The notes: a model not told the origin generated them from the letters alone. Positions 39,098 through 51,329 are shown, counted from the first letter of the whole stretch. The stretch is DNA of 63,282 bases, filler included, from Chthonomonadaceae bacterium (GCA_035650735.1; 4 parts of 4 records of this genome joined end to end with filler, not necessarily neighbours in it), one strand, 5' to 3'. Numbers and translations are program-made.

Positions 39098-39697
39098 TTG
39101 TCTTCGCCTCTGCCCATTATGCGGATAATGAAGACGGTATTCGCGGAACTCGGCATCCCTTACCTTATTGGAGGCTCGATAGCAAGTTCCATTCATGGCT
39201 TTCCGCGTACAACCCACGATGTAGATTTTGTCGCGGACGTAAAAGATCAGCATGTGCCTGCGCTGGTGGCCGCTTTGGAAACGGACTGTTATCTGGATGA
39301 CGAGTTGATGTATGATGCTATCCGCGACCGCTCCATGTTTAGCGTGCTGCATCTGTCCTCTATGCATAAGGCGGATGTCTTTCTGGTACAGGCAACTCCC
39401 TGGGCTGCTGAAACTCTAGCGCGTCGAAGAGAAAAGGTTTTTCGCTTGGGTGAGGACGAAGAGGTCATCTATGTCGCCAGTCCGGAGGATATGGTGCTGC
39501 AAAAGCTGATCTGGTTCCGCATGGGCGGCGGCGTTTCCGACCGTCAGTGGGGCGACATCACCGGTATGCTGAAAGTACAGGCCGAGAAGCTGGATTATGC
39601 CTATCTCCGGCGATGGGCCAACACGTTAGGGCTTTCCGAACTGCTGAACCAGGCCCTAAGTGATTCGGGAATAGAACTTCCTCCTGCTGAGGCATAG
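39098..39697 (+). CDS. Nucleotidyltransferase-fold protein
   Basis: YLIGGSIAS..G.PRTTHDVD, SPEDMVLQKL..R..RQWGDI, LDYAYL. Confidence 0.75.
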   Translation: MSSPLPIMRIMKTVFAELGIPYLIGGSIASSIHGFPRTTHDVDFVADVKDQHVPALVAALETDCYLDDELMYDAIRDRSMFSVLHLSSMHKADVFLVQATPWAAETLARRREKVFRLGEDEEVIYVASPEDMVLQKLIWFRMGGGVSDRQWGDITGMLKVQAEKLDYAYLRRWANTLGLSELLNQALSDSGIELPPAEA

Positions 39698-39704
39698 AAA
39701 GCGA

Positions 39705-40853
39705 ATGGTAGAGAGAGCGGCTATAGGCGTCGTGTTGTGCCTGATCGGACTCCTGATGGGCATCTGGCCGGCGCAGGCGGAGACGCCCCCGGCCCAATGG
39801 GGTCGGGAGACGCTGGAAGCAATCCAGGCGGCGTTCTGGCTGCCAGAGCGTCATCTCTATGCAAACGAGGCGGCGCTAGGCCAGCCGATACCGGACAGAC
39901 CGGCCTTTATGTGGGGCTGCGGCGTGCAGCTTTCGGCGCTGGCAGCGGCGGCCCGCATGGATAGACCGGCGTTTGCCCCTCAACTGCGCCGCTATGCCGA
40001 CGCCCTGAACGCCTACTGGACCACGCACAACGGCATCGGCGGCTATGACGTGTTGCCCGGCCCGAAGCCCTCCGACCGCTATTATGACGATAACGCCTGG
40101 ATCGTGCTGGCTCTCGTGGAGACCTATGAGGTGACGCAGGAGCCGCACTACCGGCAGCGTGCGGAGGAGACGTTCCGCTTCGTCCTGAGCGGCGAGGATG
40201 AGACGCTGGGAGGCGGCATCTACTGGCACGAGAACGAGCGCAACTCCAAAAACACCTGCTCTAATGCGCCCTCTGCCGCTGCTGCCCTGCGGCTCTACCA
40301 GGTGACGAGCAAGCCGGAATATCTCCAGGCCGCTCGCCGTCTCTATGCCTGGACGAACGCGCACTTGCAGGATAAGGACGGCCTGTTCTTCGATCATATC
40401 CGCCTGGATGGTAGCGTGGAGCCGACCAAGTGGTCGTATAATTCGGCGCTGATGATCCGCACGAACGGCCTGTTCTATACCATCACGCACGAGAAAAAGT
40501 ACCTGGAGGAGGCGCAGCGCATCGCCCGCGCCGCCGAAGCCCGCTGGGTCCACCCGGATACCGGCGCGCTTTCCGACGAGGCGGCGTTCGCGCACCTGCT
40601 TGCCGAGGCATTCCTGGCCGTCTATGACCTGGATAGGGATACGCGCTGGCTGCATATTGTGCAGCGCGCCCTGATGTTCTTGCATGACAAAGGCTGCGAT
40701 CCCAACGGCCACTACGGCCCGCGCTGGGATACGCCTCAGCCCACTCCCCTGACCACCTTCCGCCAGATCGATCAGGCCAGCGCCGCCCGCGCCTACTGGG
40801 TTGCCGCCCGCTATCCCTGGTCGGCTAACCAGTCGGCGGCGACTCCGCGATAA
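39705..40853 (+). CDS. Glycoside hydrolase family 76 (alpha-1,6-mannanase-like)
   Basis: YYDDNAW catalytic motif, GGGIYW, KNTCSN, WSYN. Confidence 0.88.
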   Translation: MVERAAIGVVLCLIGLLMGIWPAQAETPPAQWGRETLEAIQAAFWLPERHLYANEAALGQPIPDRPAFMWGCGVQLSALAAAARMDRPAFAPQLRRYADALNAYWTTHNGIGGYDVLPGPKPSDRYYDDNAWIVLALVETYEVTQEPHYRQRAEETFRFVLSGEDETLGGGIYWHENERNSKNTCSNAPSAAAALRLYQVTSKPEYLQAARRLYAWTNAHLQDKDGLFFDHIRLDGSVEPTKWSYNSALMIRTNGLFYTITHEKKYLEEAQRIARAAEARWVHPDTGALSDEAAFAHLLAEAFLAVYDLDRDTRWLHIVQRALMFLHDKGCDPNGHYGPRWDTPQPTPLTTFRQIDQASAARAYWVAARYPWSANQSAATPR

Positions 40854-40967
40854 AGGAGAAAGTGACGGAGAAGCCGGGCGAAGTGACCACACAAAGGCAT
40901 CCCGGCAATCGTCCGTCTCCTGCCGCAAAGGAAACTAACGCAGCTAACTCAACACAGGAGGGCAAAT

Positions 40968-41063
40968 ATGGCCGCAAAGAAACTCTCGCCTGAAGTCATG
41001 AGGGACCTGGAAGAATGGCTCAAGATGCTTCCAGAAACGTTGGAACGATCAGTAGATCAGTAA
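40968..41063 (+). CDS. 31-aa small ORF
   Basis: MAAKKLSPEVMRDLEEWLKMLPETLERSVDQ; AGGAGG RBS. Confidence 0.4.
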   Translation: MAAKKLSPEVMRDLEEWLKMLPETLERSVDQ

Positions 41064-41142
41064 TACATCGGGCCAAAGTCCGCGTTTTGGACAAAAATGG
41101 ACGGGGAAGCCAGTGACGCCGGATACGAATATCCGAGGGGAG

Positions 41143-41210
41143 CAGAAGCCGTGCCACCCCCTTCCCTAGCGAGGTACGAGCGGTCAGGGAAGGGGGCCGG
41201 GGGGCTAGGT
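41143..41210. repeat. Palindromic repeat, unfilled version of the 14316-14467 element
   Basis: CCCCTTCCCTAGCGAGGTACGAGCGGTCAGGGAAGGGGGCCGGGGGGCTAGG. Confidence 0.75.
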
Positions 41211-41231
41211 CAAGAAAGAACGGGATGAGGG

Positions 41232-43212
<1,981 letters not shown>

Positions 43213-43300
43213 TCATTGTACCATAGCCCGAAAGCTACAAACGCGCTCCCGATAGGCGGGAGCGCGCGACATCTTTCTGCGGGAATGCCGGGTTTTCGGA

Positions 43301-44290
43301 TCAGGCGGCGCGGCGGCTCCCCTCTTCCGTACGCTCGTTTTCCATGCCAGGTTCCTGCCTGTCGGAAGCCCCGGCAAGGCCGAGATTGCTGCACGCAACT
43401 GGATTGTTTGGCTCGATCTCCAGGGTCTGCGCGAAGCAGGCGCGCGCCTCCTCCAGGCGTCCGTTATCCCGCAGCGTGATCGCCAGATTGAGCAGGGCCT
43501 CCACGAAGCGCGGGTTGATGGCAAGCGCCGCCCGGAACTCCGCGACAGACTCCGCGACCTTGCCGCAGGCGGCATAGGCGATGCCCAGGTGGTTGCGGAT
43601 GTCGGCGTAGTTGGGATTGAGCGCCAGCGCCTTCTGATACTCCTCGATGGCCGCCTTATACATCCCGCGCTTTTGCAGGTCATCGGCCAGTTGATAGTGG
43701 AACAGAATATCGTCTACCTCGGTATGGGAAACCTGCTCAAAAGAGAGCAGGGCCGAGGCGAAATCGCCCTGGTGATGATAGCGGAGGCCCCGCTGATAGG
43801 CCTCGGTGTGGAACCCCGGCTCAAACTCTAACGCCGTGCAGAGCGAGGTCAGCCCCCGATCATGATCGCCCAGCTCGTAGTGGATCAGGCCCCGCAAGAG
43901 GTGCGCCTTGGCAAAGCGCGGGTTGATCTCCAGCGCCCGCTCCAGGGAGGCCAGGGCCGCGTCAAGCTGCTTGCTGGAACGCTGCGCCGCCGCCAGGTAG
44001 AAGTGCAGATCGGCATAGTGCGGGTGGATCTCCAGGGCGCTCTGGAAGCAGTTCTGCGCTTTCTCCCACTGGCCATGCTGGAGCGCCGCATGGCCCAGAT
44101 GCGCATGGGATTCCGCCGTATAGAACGCCGCCAGCCGCTCCGTCATCTCATCCCGCCGCCCCTTTTGGGCGGCACGGGCCTGCGCAAACTCGGCGATGGC
44201 CTGCTCATATAACCCCTGATCAAATAAGCGAATGCCCTTATCGTAATGCTCATTGCGTCCCAGGCCAAACATCTTGCCCAACATTGACAT
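43301..44290 (-). CDS. Tetratricopeptide repeat protein
   Basis: ALEIHPHYADL, ALALNPNYADI and similar units. Confidence 0.88.
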   Translation of the reverse strand: MSMLGKMFGLGRNEHYDKGIRLFDQGLYEQAIAEFAQARAAQKGRRDEMTERLAAFYTAESHAHLGHAALQHGQWEKAQNCFQSALEIHPHYADLHFYLAAAQRSSKQLDAALASLERALEINPRFAKAHLLRGLIHYELGDHDRGLTSLCTALEFEPGFHTEAYQRGLRYHHQGDFASALLSFEQVSHTEVDDILFHYQLADDLQKRGMYKAAIEEYQKALALNPNYADIRNHLGIAYAACGKVAESVAEFRAALAINPRFVEALLNLAITLRDNGRLEEARACFAQTLEIEPNNPVACSNLGLAGASDRQEPGMENERTEEGSRRAA

Positions 44291-44461
44291 CCTACAACCT
44301 CCGGTTGCGGGGCTGCGTCCCCCTTGTTGGCATGCCTTCTGCGCCCGAATGTGATGAAAAGGAAGGCGCGCCAATCTTCTGGAGACAGTCGGCTGCGGCC
44401 ACCGGCGGTGAAGAAACATCCGTTGCCCGGCTGCCGATGGCCGACTGCCAACTCCCGCGTC

Positions 44462-45778
44462 TTATTTTCCGTTGAAGGCGGCGGTGGTGCGTCCGACGCA
44501 GTGGTACTCGAAGCCCAGCCGCCGCAGCTTGACCGGGTCGTAGATATTGCGCCCGTCAAAGATCAGCGGTCGCTGCATCAGCCCCTTGATCCGCTCCATG
44601 TTTAGCAGCTTGAACTCGTTCCATTCGGTCACGATCACTAAAGCGTCCGCCTCTTCGGCGGCCTCGTAGGCGGTGTTGGTGTAGCAGATCTGGGGGAAGA
44701 TGTGCCGGGTGTTCTCGATGGCTATTGGGTCGTAGGCGCGCACCTCCGCGCCCTCCGCCAGCAGCTTGCCGATGATCTCGATGGACTTGGCATCGCGCAT
44801 GTCGTCGGTGTTGGGTTTGAAAGCCAGCCCCAGCACGCCGATCTGCTTGCCCTTGAAGGAACCGCCCAGCGCCGCCCGCAGCCGATCCAGGAAGCGGACA
44901 GGCTGCTCCTTGTTGACCTCCATCACCGCTTTGAGAAGCTTGAAGTCGTAGCCGACCTTCTCAGCGGTGCGCGCCAGCGCGCTGCTGTCCTTGGGGAAGC
45001 AGGAACCGCCGTAGCCCAGGCCCGCATTCAAGAACGCCGCGCCGATGCGATGGTCGTAGCCCATGCCCTTGATGACCTGGATGACGTCCGCGCCGACCGC
45101 ATCGCAGATGTTGGCGATGGAGTTGATGAAGCTGATCTTGGTAGCCAGGAAGGCGTTGGAGGCGTACTTGATCATCTCGGCACTGGCGACATCGGTGATC
45201 AGCATGGGTCGCTCCAGCGGGGCATAGAGCTCAAGTATCTTCATCGCCACGACCTGGTTAGGCGCGCCGATAACGATGCGGTCGGGCTCCAGGGTATCCT
45301 TGATGGCGCTGCCTTCACGTAGGAACTCCGGATTGCTGACCACATCAAAATCCACGTTGCGGCGGCGGTTGGTCTCGATGATCTCGCGCACCAGATTGCC
45401 GGTGCCCACAGGCACGGTGGACTTGTTGACGATGACCTTGTAGCGGTTGAGCGCGCGGGCGATGCCCTGGGCGGCCTCTTCCACATAGGTCATGTCTGGG
45501 TCGCCGTTCTCCTTAGGCGGGGTGCCCACGCAGATAAAGACGACGTCCGAATGCTCCACCGCATGGCCGAGGTCCATGGTGAAGAACAGGCGGCGATCTT
45601 CGACGTTGCGCTTGACCATCTCCTCCAGGCCAGGCTCGTAGATGGGCATCTCGCCCCGCTCCAGCATGGCGATTTTGGCCTCATCTTTATCCACGCAGAT
45701 GACCTCGTTGCCCAGGTCGGAGAAGACGCTGCCGGTGACCAATCCGACATATCCTGTCCCGATTACGCAGATATTCAT
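44462..45778 (-). CDS. ugd: UDP-glucose 6-dehydrogenase
   Basis: GTGYVG, KSTVPVG, SNPEFL, GYGGSCFPKD, AFKPNTDD.R. Confidence 0.93.
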   Translation of the reverse strand: MNICVIGTGYVGLVTGSVFSDLGNEVICVDKDEAKIAMLERGEMPIYEPGLEEMVKRNVEDRRLFFTMDLGHAVEHSDVVFICVGTPPKENGDPDMTYVEEAAQGIARALNRYKVIVNKSTVPVGTGNLVREIIETNRRRNVDFDVVSNPEFLREGSAIKDTLEPDRIVIGAPNQVVAMKILELYAPLERPMLITDVASAEMIKYASNAFLATKISFINSIANICDAVGADVIQVIKGMGYDHRIGAAFLNAGLGYGGSCFPKDSSALARTAEKVGYDFKLLKAVMEVNKEQPVRFLDRLRAALGGSFKGKQIGVLGLAFKPNTDDMRDAKSIEIIGKLLAEGAEVRAYDPIAIENTRHIFPQICYTNTAYEAAEEADALVIVTEWNEFKLLNMERIKGLMQRPLIFDGRNIYDPVKLRRLGFEYHCVGRTTAAFNGK

Positions 45779-46191
45779 GACGAAAGATGTCCTCCATAAA
45801 TCCAGGGAACGTGTTGGCTGCCGTTCGGCGCAAGCGTTTCGCCCCGCCTTTGGATTATCGGTTGCGTTCGGAGGCGGGTTTAGGCTCTTGCGAGGCAGCC
45901 GAGAGTGAGGTGAGCGCGTACAACGCGGAAGCAACGTGGCTGGTTTATGCATAAACTGTGCCAAAAACGCGCGATTGCGCAAGGACAGGGCCAGCCGTTA
46001 GCGGCCTGACCGTAAAAATACGGGTTTTCGGTTGGAAACCCGCAATCGTGCGTGGCGGCCCTGTCGAAATCGCCAGGCAGGGCCTAAAATCAACAGGCGC
46101 CGGTTAAGCCGGGTCCTTTACCGGCCCGGCTCTTATCAGTCCGGCTTGCAGTTGCGGTTTGACGGAGCGCATATTTCAGGGAGCGAAGCAC

Positions 46192-47076
46192 ATGTTTGTG
46201 ATTATTGGCCTGGTCGTTGTGGCCCTCAGCATCCTGTTAGGCTTCACTATGGAGGGCGGCAAAATCGGCGCGCTGATCCAGGTGACCGAATTCATCATCA
46301 TCGGTGGGTCGGCCCTCGGCAGTATGCTGGTCGCCAACCCGCTCAACGTGGTCATGCAAACGTTCCAGAGCGTCCTCGGCCTGCTTAAGGGCAACCCGTA
46401 TACGCAGCCGCGCTACATGGAGCTGCTGCAGATGCTCTACGATATGTTCATGATGGCGCGGCGCGAGGGACTGGTCACGCTCGATCAGCATGTGGAGCGG
46501 CCCCAGGATAGCAAATTCTTTGGCAACTACCCTTTCTTTTTCGCCAACCACCACGCGCTCTCGTTTCTGGCTGACACCATGAAGGTGATCATCACCGGCA
46601 CGGTCGCCGATTACAACCTGGCCGATATGATGGAAATCGATCTGGAGGTCGGCCACGAGGAGTTGGTCAAGCCGGCGCAGGTCCTGGCGAAGGTGGGCGA
46701 TGCCATGCCTGGCTTCGGCATTGTAGCGGCGGTGCTGGGCGTGGTCATTACGATGGGAGCCATTGGCGGCCCGCCTGAAGAGATCGGTCACAAGGTCGCA
46801 GCGGCGCTGGTGGGCACCTTCCTGGGCATCCTGATGGCCTACGGCATCTTTAATCCGCTGGCGGCGGCGCTGGAGGCCCAGATTAAATCGGAAGAGCAGT
46901 ACATGGGCTGCATCAAGTGCGCCCTGCTCTCGTTTGCGCGGGGGGATGCGCCGCTGACCGCCGTGGAGTTCGCCCGCCGCAACATCGAGCCTTCGGTGCG
47001 GCCCTCGTTCTCGGCGATGGAGGAGGCACTGCGCGGGAGCGGTTCCGGCAGCGGTCAGATGAGCGCGGCGGCGTAA
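46192..47076 (+). CDS. motA: Flagellar motor stator protein MotA
   Basis: PGFGIVAAVLGVV, ALVGTFLGI, AVEFARR. Confidence 0.93.
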   Translation: MFVIIGLVVVALSILLGFTMEGGKIGALIQVTEFIIIGGSALGSMLVANPLNVVMQTFQSVLGLLKGNPYTQPRYMELLQMLYDMFMMARREGLVTLDQHVERPQDSKFFGNYPFFFANHHALSFLADTMKVIITGTVADYNLADMMEIDLEVGHEELVKPAQVLAKVGDAMPGFGIVAAVLGVVITMGAIGGPPEEIGHKVAAALVGTFLGILMAYGIFNPLAAALEAQIKSEEQYMGCIKCALLSFARGDAPLTAVEFARRNIEPSVRPSFSAMEEALRGSGSGSGQMSAAA

Positions 47077-47164
47077 GAGAACATAGCGTCCCACCCTGGC
47101 TCCTCTCCTTGCTTAAGGAGAGGAATGGCCGCAGGGTGGGGCGTGATCTAAGGAGTGAGCAGGA

Positions 47165-47974
47165 ATGGCTACCAGTTTGGGCGGCGGCGAGCCGGTTATT
47201 CGCATCGTGCGCAAAAAGAAGGGACACGGGGGCCACCACGGGGGAGCCTGGAAAGTAGCCTACGCCGATTTTGTGACGGCGATGATGGCTTTCTTCCTGG
47301 TCATGTGGATCATCGGGCTGAGCAAGCCGGTACGCGAGGCCATCGCCGCCTATTTCCGCGATCCGTCCGGCTTTATGAAAACGGCGCAAGGCGGCAAGAA
47401 TCCCTTGAGCGGCGGTGAGTCGCCGGAAATGCATCCGGGCAAGCCCACGCCCGTCCTGCCTACCGGAGGCGACCTCGGACAGATGGCTGCGCTCCAGGCG
47501 CAGTTTAAGGCGGTAGGGGAGGCTATTCTCAAGGAGCTTGCTAAGCACCCGGAATTCCGCCGCCTGCGCGATAGCGTGGAGGTGCATCTGACCGACGAGG
47601 GCCTGCGGATCGAATTGATTGAGAAAACGTCCTCTCTGTTCTTCGATACCGGCAGCGCCCGACTCAAGCCGAGCACGGTGCGCCTGCTTCAGATCATCGC
47701 CCGACAGTTGCGCAAATTGCCCAATCCGGTGGTGATCGAGGGGCATACGGACAGCCGTCCGCTGGGCGGGCCGGGAGGCTACTCCAACTGGGAGCTTTCG
47801 ACCGACCGGGCCAACGGTGCCCGGCGCGCGATGGAGACGGACGGATTGCGTTCCGGGCAGGTACTGGCGGTGCGCGGCTATGCCGACCGCAAACTGCGCC
47901 GCCCCGACGACCCGCTGCACTTCTCCAACCGGCGCGTCAGCATCCTGGTGGCCTACCAGCGCCAGGGACAGTAG
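47165..47974 (+). CDS. motB: Flagellar motor protein MotB
   Basis: WKVAYADFVTAMMAFF; OmpA-like GHTD, NWELS..RA, NRRV. Confidence 0.93.
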   Translation: MATSLGGGEPVIRIVRKKKGHGGHHGGAWKVAYADFVTAMMAFFLVMWIIGLSKPVREAIAAYFRDPSGFMKTAQGGKNPLSGGESPEMHPGKPTPVLPTGGDLGQMAALQAQFKAVGEAILKELAKHPEFRRLRDSVEVHLTDEGLRIELIEKTSSLFFDTGSARLKPSTVRLLQIIARQLRKLPNPVVIEGHTDSRPLGGPGGYSNWELSTDRANGARRAMETDGLRSGQVLAVRGYADRKLRRPDDPLHFSNRRVSILVAYQRQGQ

Positions 47975-47985
47975 CGAAGGCATTC

Positions 47986-48780
47986 TCAGGAGCCTGGCTG
48001 CGCCGCCCGGATCAGGGCCAGCAGTCGGCTTTGCTCCTCCGGAATCCCATCTTCCAGACGGGCTGCCGCGACCGGGAGCATCCAGGCGGAAAGCGCCGCG
48101 CGGGAGTCAGGGCGCAATTGGAAGTAGCGGCGTAAGTAGGCGGCATGGAACAGGCGGCGGCCAAAGAGTACCAGCAGGCGCTCTGCGCTGCTGGACGGCG
48201 CGGCCAGATGGATCATCAGAGACGTGCGGGCGACATCGGCGAGCGGGCAGCCGCGCGCCGCGTCCGTCCAATCAATGACGATGGGGCCGCGCGGCGATAT
48301 TAAGATGTTGTTGGGATGAAAGTCGCCGTGACACAGGGCTTCCCCATCCGGCAGCTTCTCCAGCGCCGCCAGCGCCTTATCTCTGTCGCTTGCCGGCAGG
48401 GCTTCCGCTGCACGGATGCGGGTTTCCAGTTTTTCGCGCAGGGGAGGAAGCGCTGGAACCGCGCATTGATGGATCTGGGCGTGCAGGGCCGCTAATTGAC
48501 GGGCCACGCCCAGAAGCATCCAGGGCTTTGCAAGCATGAGCCCAAGCTGCGTTGGCCCTTCGACGCGCTCATAGATAAGCCCGCCTCTGCCGCCGGTCTG
48601 AATCATCTCGCTTACCGCCGGGACATCCAGGCCCGCTTCCTGCACGATACGCGCGATCCGCCATTCGTGCTCCACCCAGGAAAGCGGACACCATTCCCTG
48701 TACAGCTTGAGAATCTGCGTCTCGCCCCAGGCGAAGACTTCCGCCGTTCGCCCCTCCGCCAGACGCTCCCCTAACATCAT
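47986..48780 (-). CDS. Aminoglycoside phosphotransferase-family kinase
   Basis: HGDFHPNNI, IDW. Confidence 0.85.
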   Translation of the reverse strand: MMLGERLAEGRTAEVFAWGETQILKLYREWCPLSWVEHEWRIARIVQEAGLDVPAVSEMIQTGGRGGLIYERVEGPTQLGLMLAKPWMLLGVARQLAALHAQIHQCAVPALPPLREKLETRIRAAEALPASDRDKALAALEKLPDGEALCHGDFHPNNILISPRGPIVIDWTDAARGCPLADVARTSLMIHLAAPSSSAERLLVLFGRRLFHAAYLRRYFQLRPDSRAALSAWMLPVAAARLEDGIPEEQSRLLALIRAAQPGS

Positions 48781-48887
48781 GGGGCGTTTTCCAATCCATG
48801 TAATCGGGAAGACGACATTCTGGCCTCCCGTGAGCGCTGCCTTTAATCCGGTACGCCTCTGTTCGCTCCAGGAACCAGGCTCTCCTG

Positions 48888-49343
48888 CTAAGCCTCCGAA
48901 TCGGCATCAAAGCGGGCCGCAAGCTCTGGCGGGAAGCGACGGGGCTTGCCGGACGCGCGCTCCACCAGCATCTGAAGCGTCTCCCCTTCGGCCAGCAGAT
49001 CCTCCCCGCGCCTGACCTCGTATTGCATACTCAGTAGGCTGCGCCGACACTCGACTACCCAGACGCGCACGGTAATCTCCTCGTCATAATGCGCGCCGCG
49101 CAAAAAACGGCAGCGCGCTTCGATGACGGGCAGAATGAGGCCGTCCCGCTCCATCTGCGCATAATCAACGCCGCGCGCACGACAGAACGCCGCCCGCGCC
49201 GCCTCAAACCAGATGAAATAGTTGGCATGGTGCGCGACTCCCATCTGATCGGTCTCGGCATAGCGGACACGGAGGGTCATCTCCACCGCCTGCGCCGGGT
49301 CTATCTCGCCTGATCGGTCTTGGCGTGGGGCGCGTCGAGGCAT
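48888..49343 (-). CDS. Acyl-CoA thioesterase (YbgC/FadM hotdog fold)
   Basis: VRYAETDQMGVAHHANYFIWFE. Confidence 0.88.
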   Translation of the reverse strand: MPRRAPRQDRSGEIDPAQAVEMTLRVRYAETDQMGVAHHANYFIWFEAARAAFCRARGVDYAQMERDGLILPVIEARCRFLRGAHYDEEITVRVWVVECRRSLLSMQYEVRRGEDLLAEGETLQMLVERASGKPRRFPPELAARFDADSEA

Positions 49344-49377
49344 TCTGGCGTCTCCTCTCTAAAGGGCCGGAGGTGGG

Positions 49378-50580
49378 TTATAGCTCTCCCGGCTTGAGCG
49401 TGCCGATTTCGGTGCCGTCGGGGGCGACGCGCAGAGAGCCGAAGCGCAGCACGCGGGCGGCTCCCGGCGCACGGAGAGGCGTGACGATGCCCAGAGTGCG
49501 GCGGCGAAAATCCAGGGCTTCGAGCAGGCCCAGGCCCAGCAGCTTGCCGCTAGCGCCCTCCAGTCCCAGCAGGAGATGCTTCAGGCGCGGCGCGACCGTG
49601 ATGGAGACCGCCTGCGCCTTCAACTGCTCCTGCGCCAATCCCAGGCCCGGCGCATGGGGCGGGATCGGCTGGCTGACCATCAGGCCCAGTTGCCGGCCTG
49701 CCATCTCCGCATAGTAGACGCGCACCTGCGGCCCCAGCGTCTGGTTAAGGAACTTGAGAAGGTGGGCGGCTATTGGCTTGCCGCTGCCCATCCACGTGCC
49801 GAGAAAGGCCACCTCATCAAAAGAGTAGGTATGCGGCTGCGCGTCCTGGAAATAGGCGGCAAACCGCATGGCCCGGCGCTGGGCGCGCAGTCGGGGCGGC
49901 TTCTTCTGGATGACGGCGGGGATGGGCGGCGTGTGAATGCGGCAGCCCTCGCGGCGGCGCATGGGAACCAGGATAGGCTCCAGCTCGCCGTGCCGCTGCA
50001 GGGCGACGACGTGCGCGGGCACCAGCAGGTCAAAGACGGCCTGGTAGAGGCTGCGGGCTGCGCCATGCACGTAGCCGCTCGTATCTATCAGCATCAGCGG
50101 GCGGGCAGACTGCGGCGCGGCCTGATCCGGCGGAGGTGGGCAGGAGGCAGTGGATACAGGAGGGCAGCCTTCGGCTTCTGGGCCTGGCACGCGGAATTCG
50201 GCGTGGGCCATAGCGGCAAGGCGGCCAATGGCGGCCAGGTACTCCACAAGATGGCCGGACGGCGAGGTGCTGCCCACAAAGGCCAGCGCGTGCGGCGGCA
50301 GGCCGGAGAGAGCGGCGACCGGCGCCTCCACGAAAGCCAGCCCCACACAGGTAGGCGGACCGATCTCGGATTGTCCCAGGTCGGCATCCAGCAGCGCGAC
50401 CCGGCGCCCGGCCTGCGCCGCGTGGTTGACCAGCAGGCGCGTGAACGTTGTCTTGCCAACATCGGTGGCGCCCAGCAGCAGCGCCGTGCCGCCGGTGGCA
50501 GCGACCTCGGCCAGCGTCGCCTCCCAGACGGCATACGGCTCCTCGCGCGCCTGCGGCTGCGGCGGCCCGGGCGTGGTCAT
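49378..50580 (-). CDS. Clp1/Grc3-family polynucleotide 5'-hydroxyl kinase
   Basis: GATDVGKT, DADLGQ.EIGPP, IDTSG, RAQRR lid motif, LGLG. Confidence 0.85.
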   Translation of the reverse strand: MTTPGPPQPQAREEPYAVWEATLAEVAATGGTALLLGATDVGKTTFTRLLVNHAAQAGRRVALLDADLGQSEIGPPTCVGLAFVEAPVAALSGLPPHALAFVGSTSPSGHLVEYLAAIGRLAAMAHAEFRVPGPEAEGCPPVSTASCPPPPDQAAPQSARPLMLIDTSGYVHGAARSLYQAVFDLLVPAHVVALQRHGELEPILVPMRRREGCRIHTPPIPAVIQKKPPRLRAQRRAMRFAAYFQDAQPHTYSFDEVAFLGTWMGSGKPIAAHLLKFLNQTLGPQVRVYYAEMAGRQLGLMVSQPIPPHAPGLGLAQEQLKAQAVSITVAPRLKHLLLGLEGASGKLLGLGLLEALDFRRRTLGIVTPLRAPGAARVLRFGSLRVAPDGTEIGTLKPGEL

Positions 50581-51329
50581 GGCCCCGACGCCTCCGCATG
50601 CCGGAGGAGAGCATTGGTATCCGCCACGCCGGAGAGGATCAGCTTGCCTGCTGCCGCCTGCACGCCCGTCAGCGTCACGGGAAACGGCAGCGTGGAGAGG
50701 TCAATTGCGCTCTCAAATCGGCTCTTGAGGAAGCGCAGCGGCGCGCCGCCGAGGGGAATGCCTATCACCGTCATATGGGTCGGATCGATCTCAATGCGGC
50801 GCGGCCCGACCAGCCGAAGCGGGCCTGTCATCTGGAACGGAACGCCCACCCCCAGCACCACCCGCTGCCCGGCAATCGTCACCCGGTTTTCGCCCAGCGT
50901 CAGGCGTATCTGGCGCAGCGGCTCGCCCTCCGATTCCTCCCCCGCCAGGAACTCATCCAGGCTCATCGCGCTCACGACCGCCACGAAGCGCGCCTCCTGA
51001 ATACGCCGCACCTGCCCGTGCCGGGTATCTACCTCCACGCCCTGCAAGTCCAGATGCAGTTGATCGAGCAGCAGGCCGTTGGCAAGCTGAACGTCCTCGC
51101 CATCCACGGCCACATGCGCCAGGCGACCGCGCAGCGTGCGCTCCGGGGCGTTGTCCACATGGGCGCGATACTGGCGGGCGGGGCCGAGCAGGTCCGGCAG
51201 CGCCTCCCGAATGCGCCGCTCTGCCGTCCGGTTGATGGCGCGGCCACACCCGGCCAGAGAAAGCAACGCGGCCAATAAAAGTATATAATAGTTGGCTGTA
51301 GGACGTATTCGCAGCAGCATGCCTGTCAT
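50577..51329 (-). CDS. DUF2993/LmeA-like lipoprotein
   Basis: Lipobox LAGC; C-terminal IDLSTLPFPVTLTGV. Confidence 0.7.
   Translation of the reverse strand: MTGMLLRIRPTANYYILLLAALLSLAGCGRAINRTAERRIREALPDLLGPARQYRAHVDNAPERTLRGRLAHVAVDGEDVQLANGLLLDQLHLDLQGVEVDTRHGQVRRIQEARFVAVVSAMSLDEFLAGEESEGEPLRQIRLTLGENRVTIAGQRVVLGVGVPFQMTGPLRLVGPRRIEIDPTHMTVIGIPLGGAPLRFLKSRFESAIDLSTLPFPVTLTGVQAAAGKLILSGVADTNALLRHAEASGP

Noticed and set aside
47986..48780. APH-like kinases and the GNAT as antibiotic resistance genes
   Set aside because: Only family-level motifs; substrate cannot be inferred from sequence
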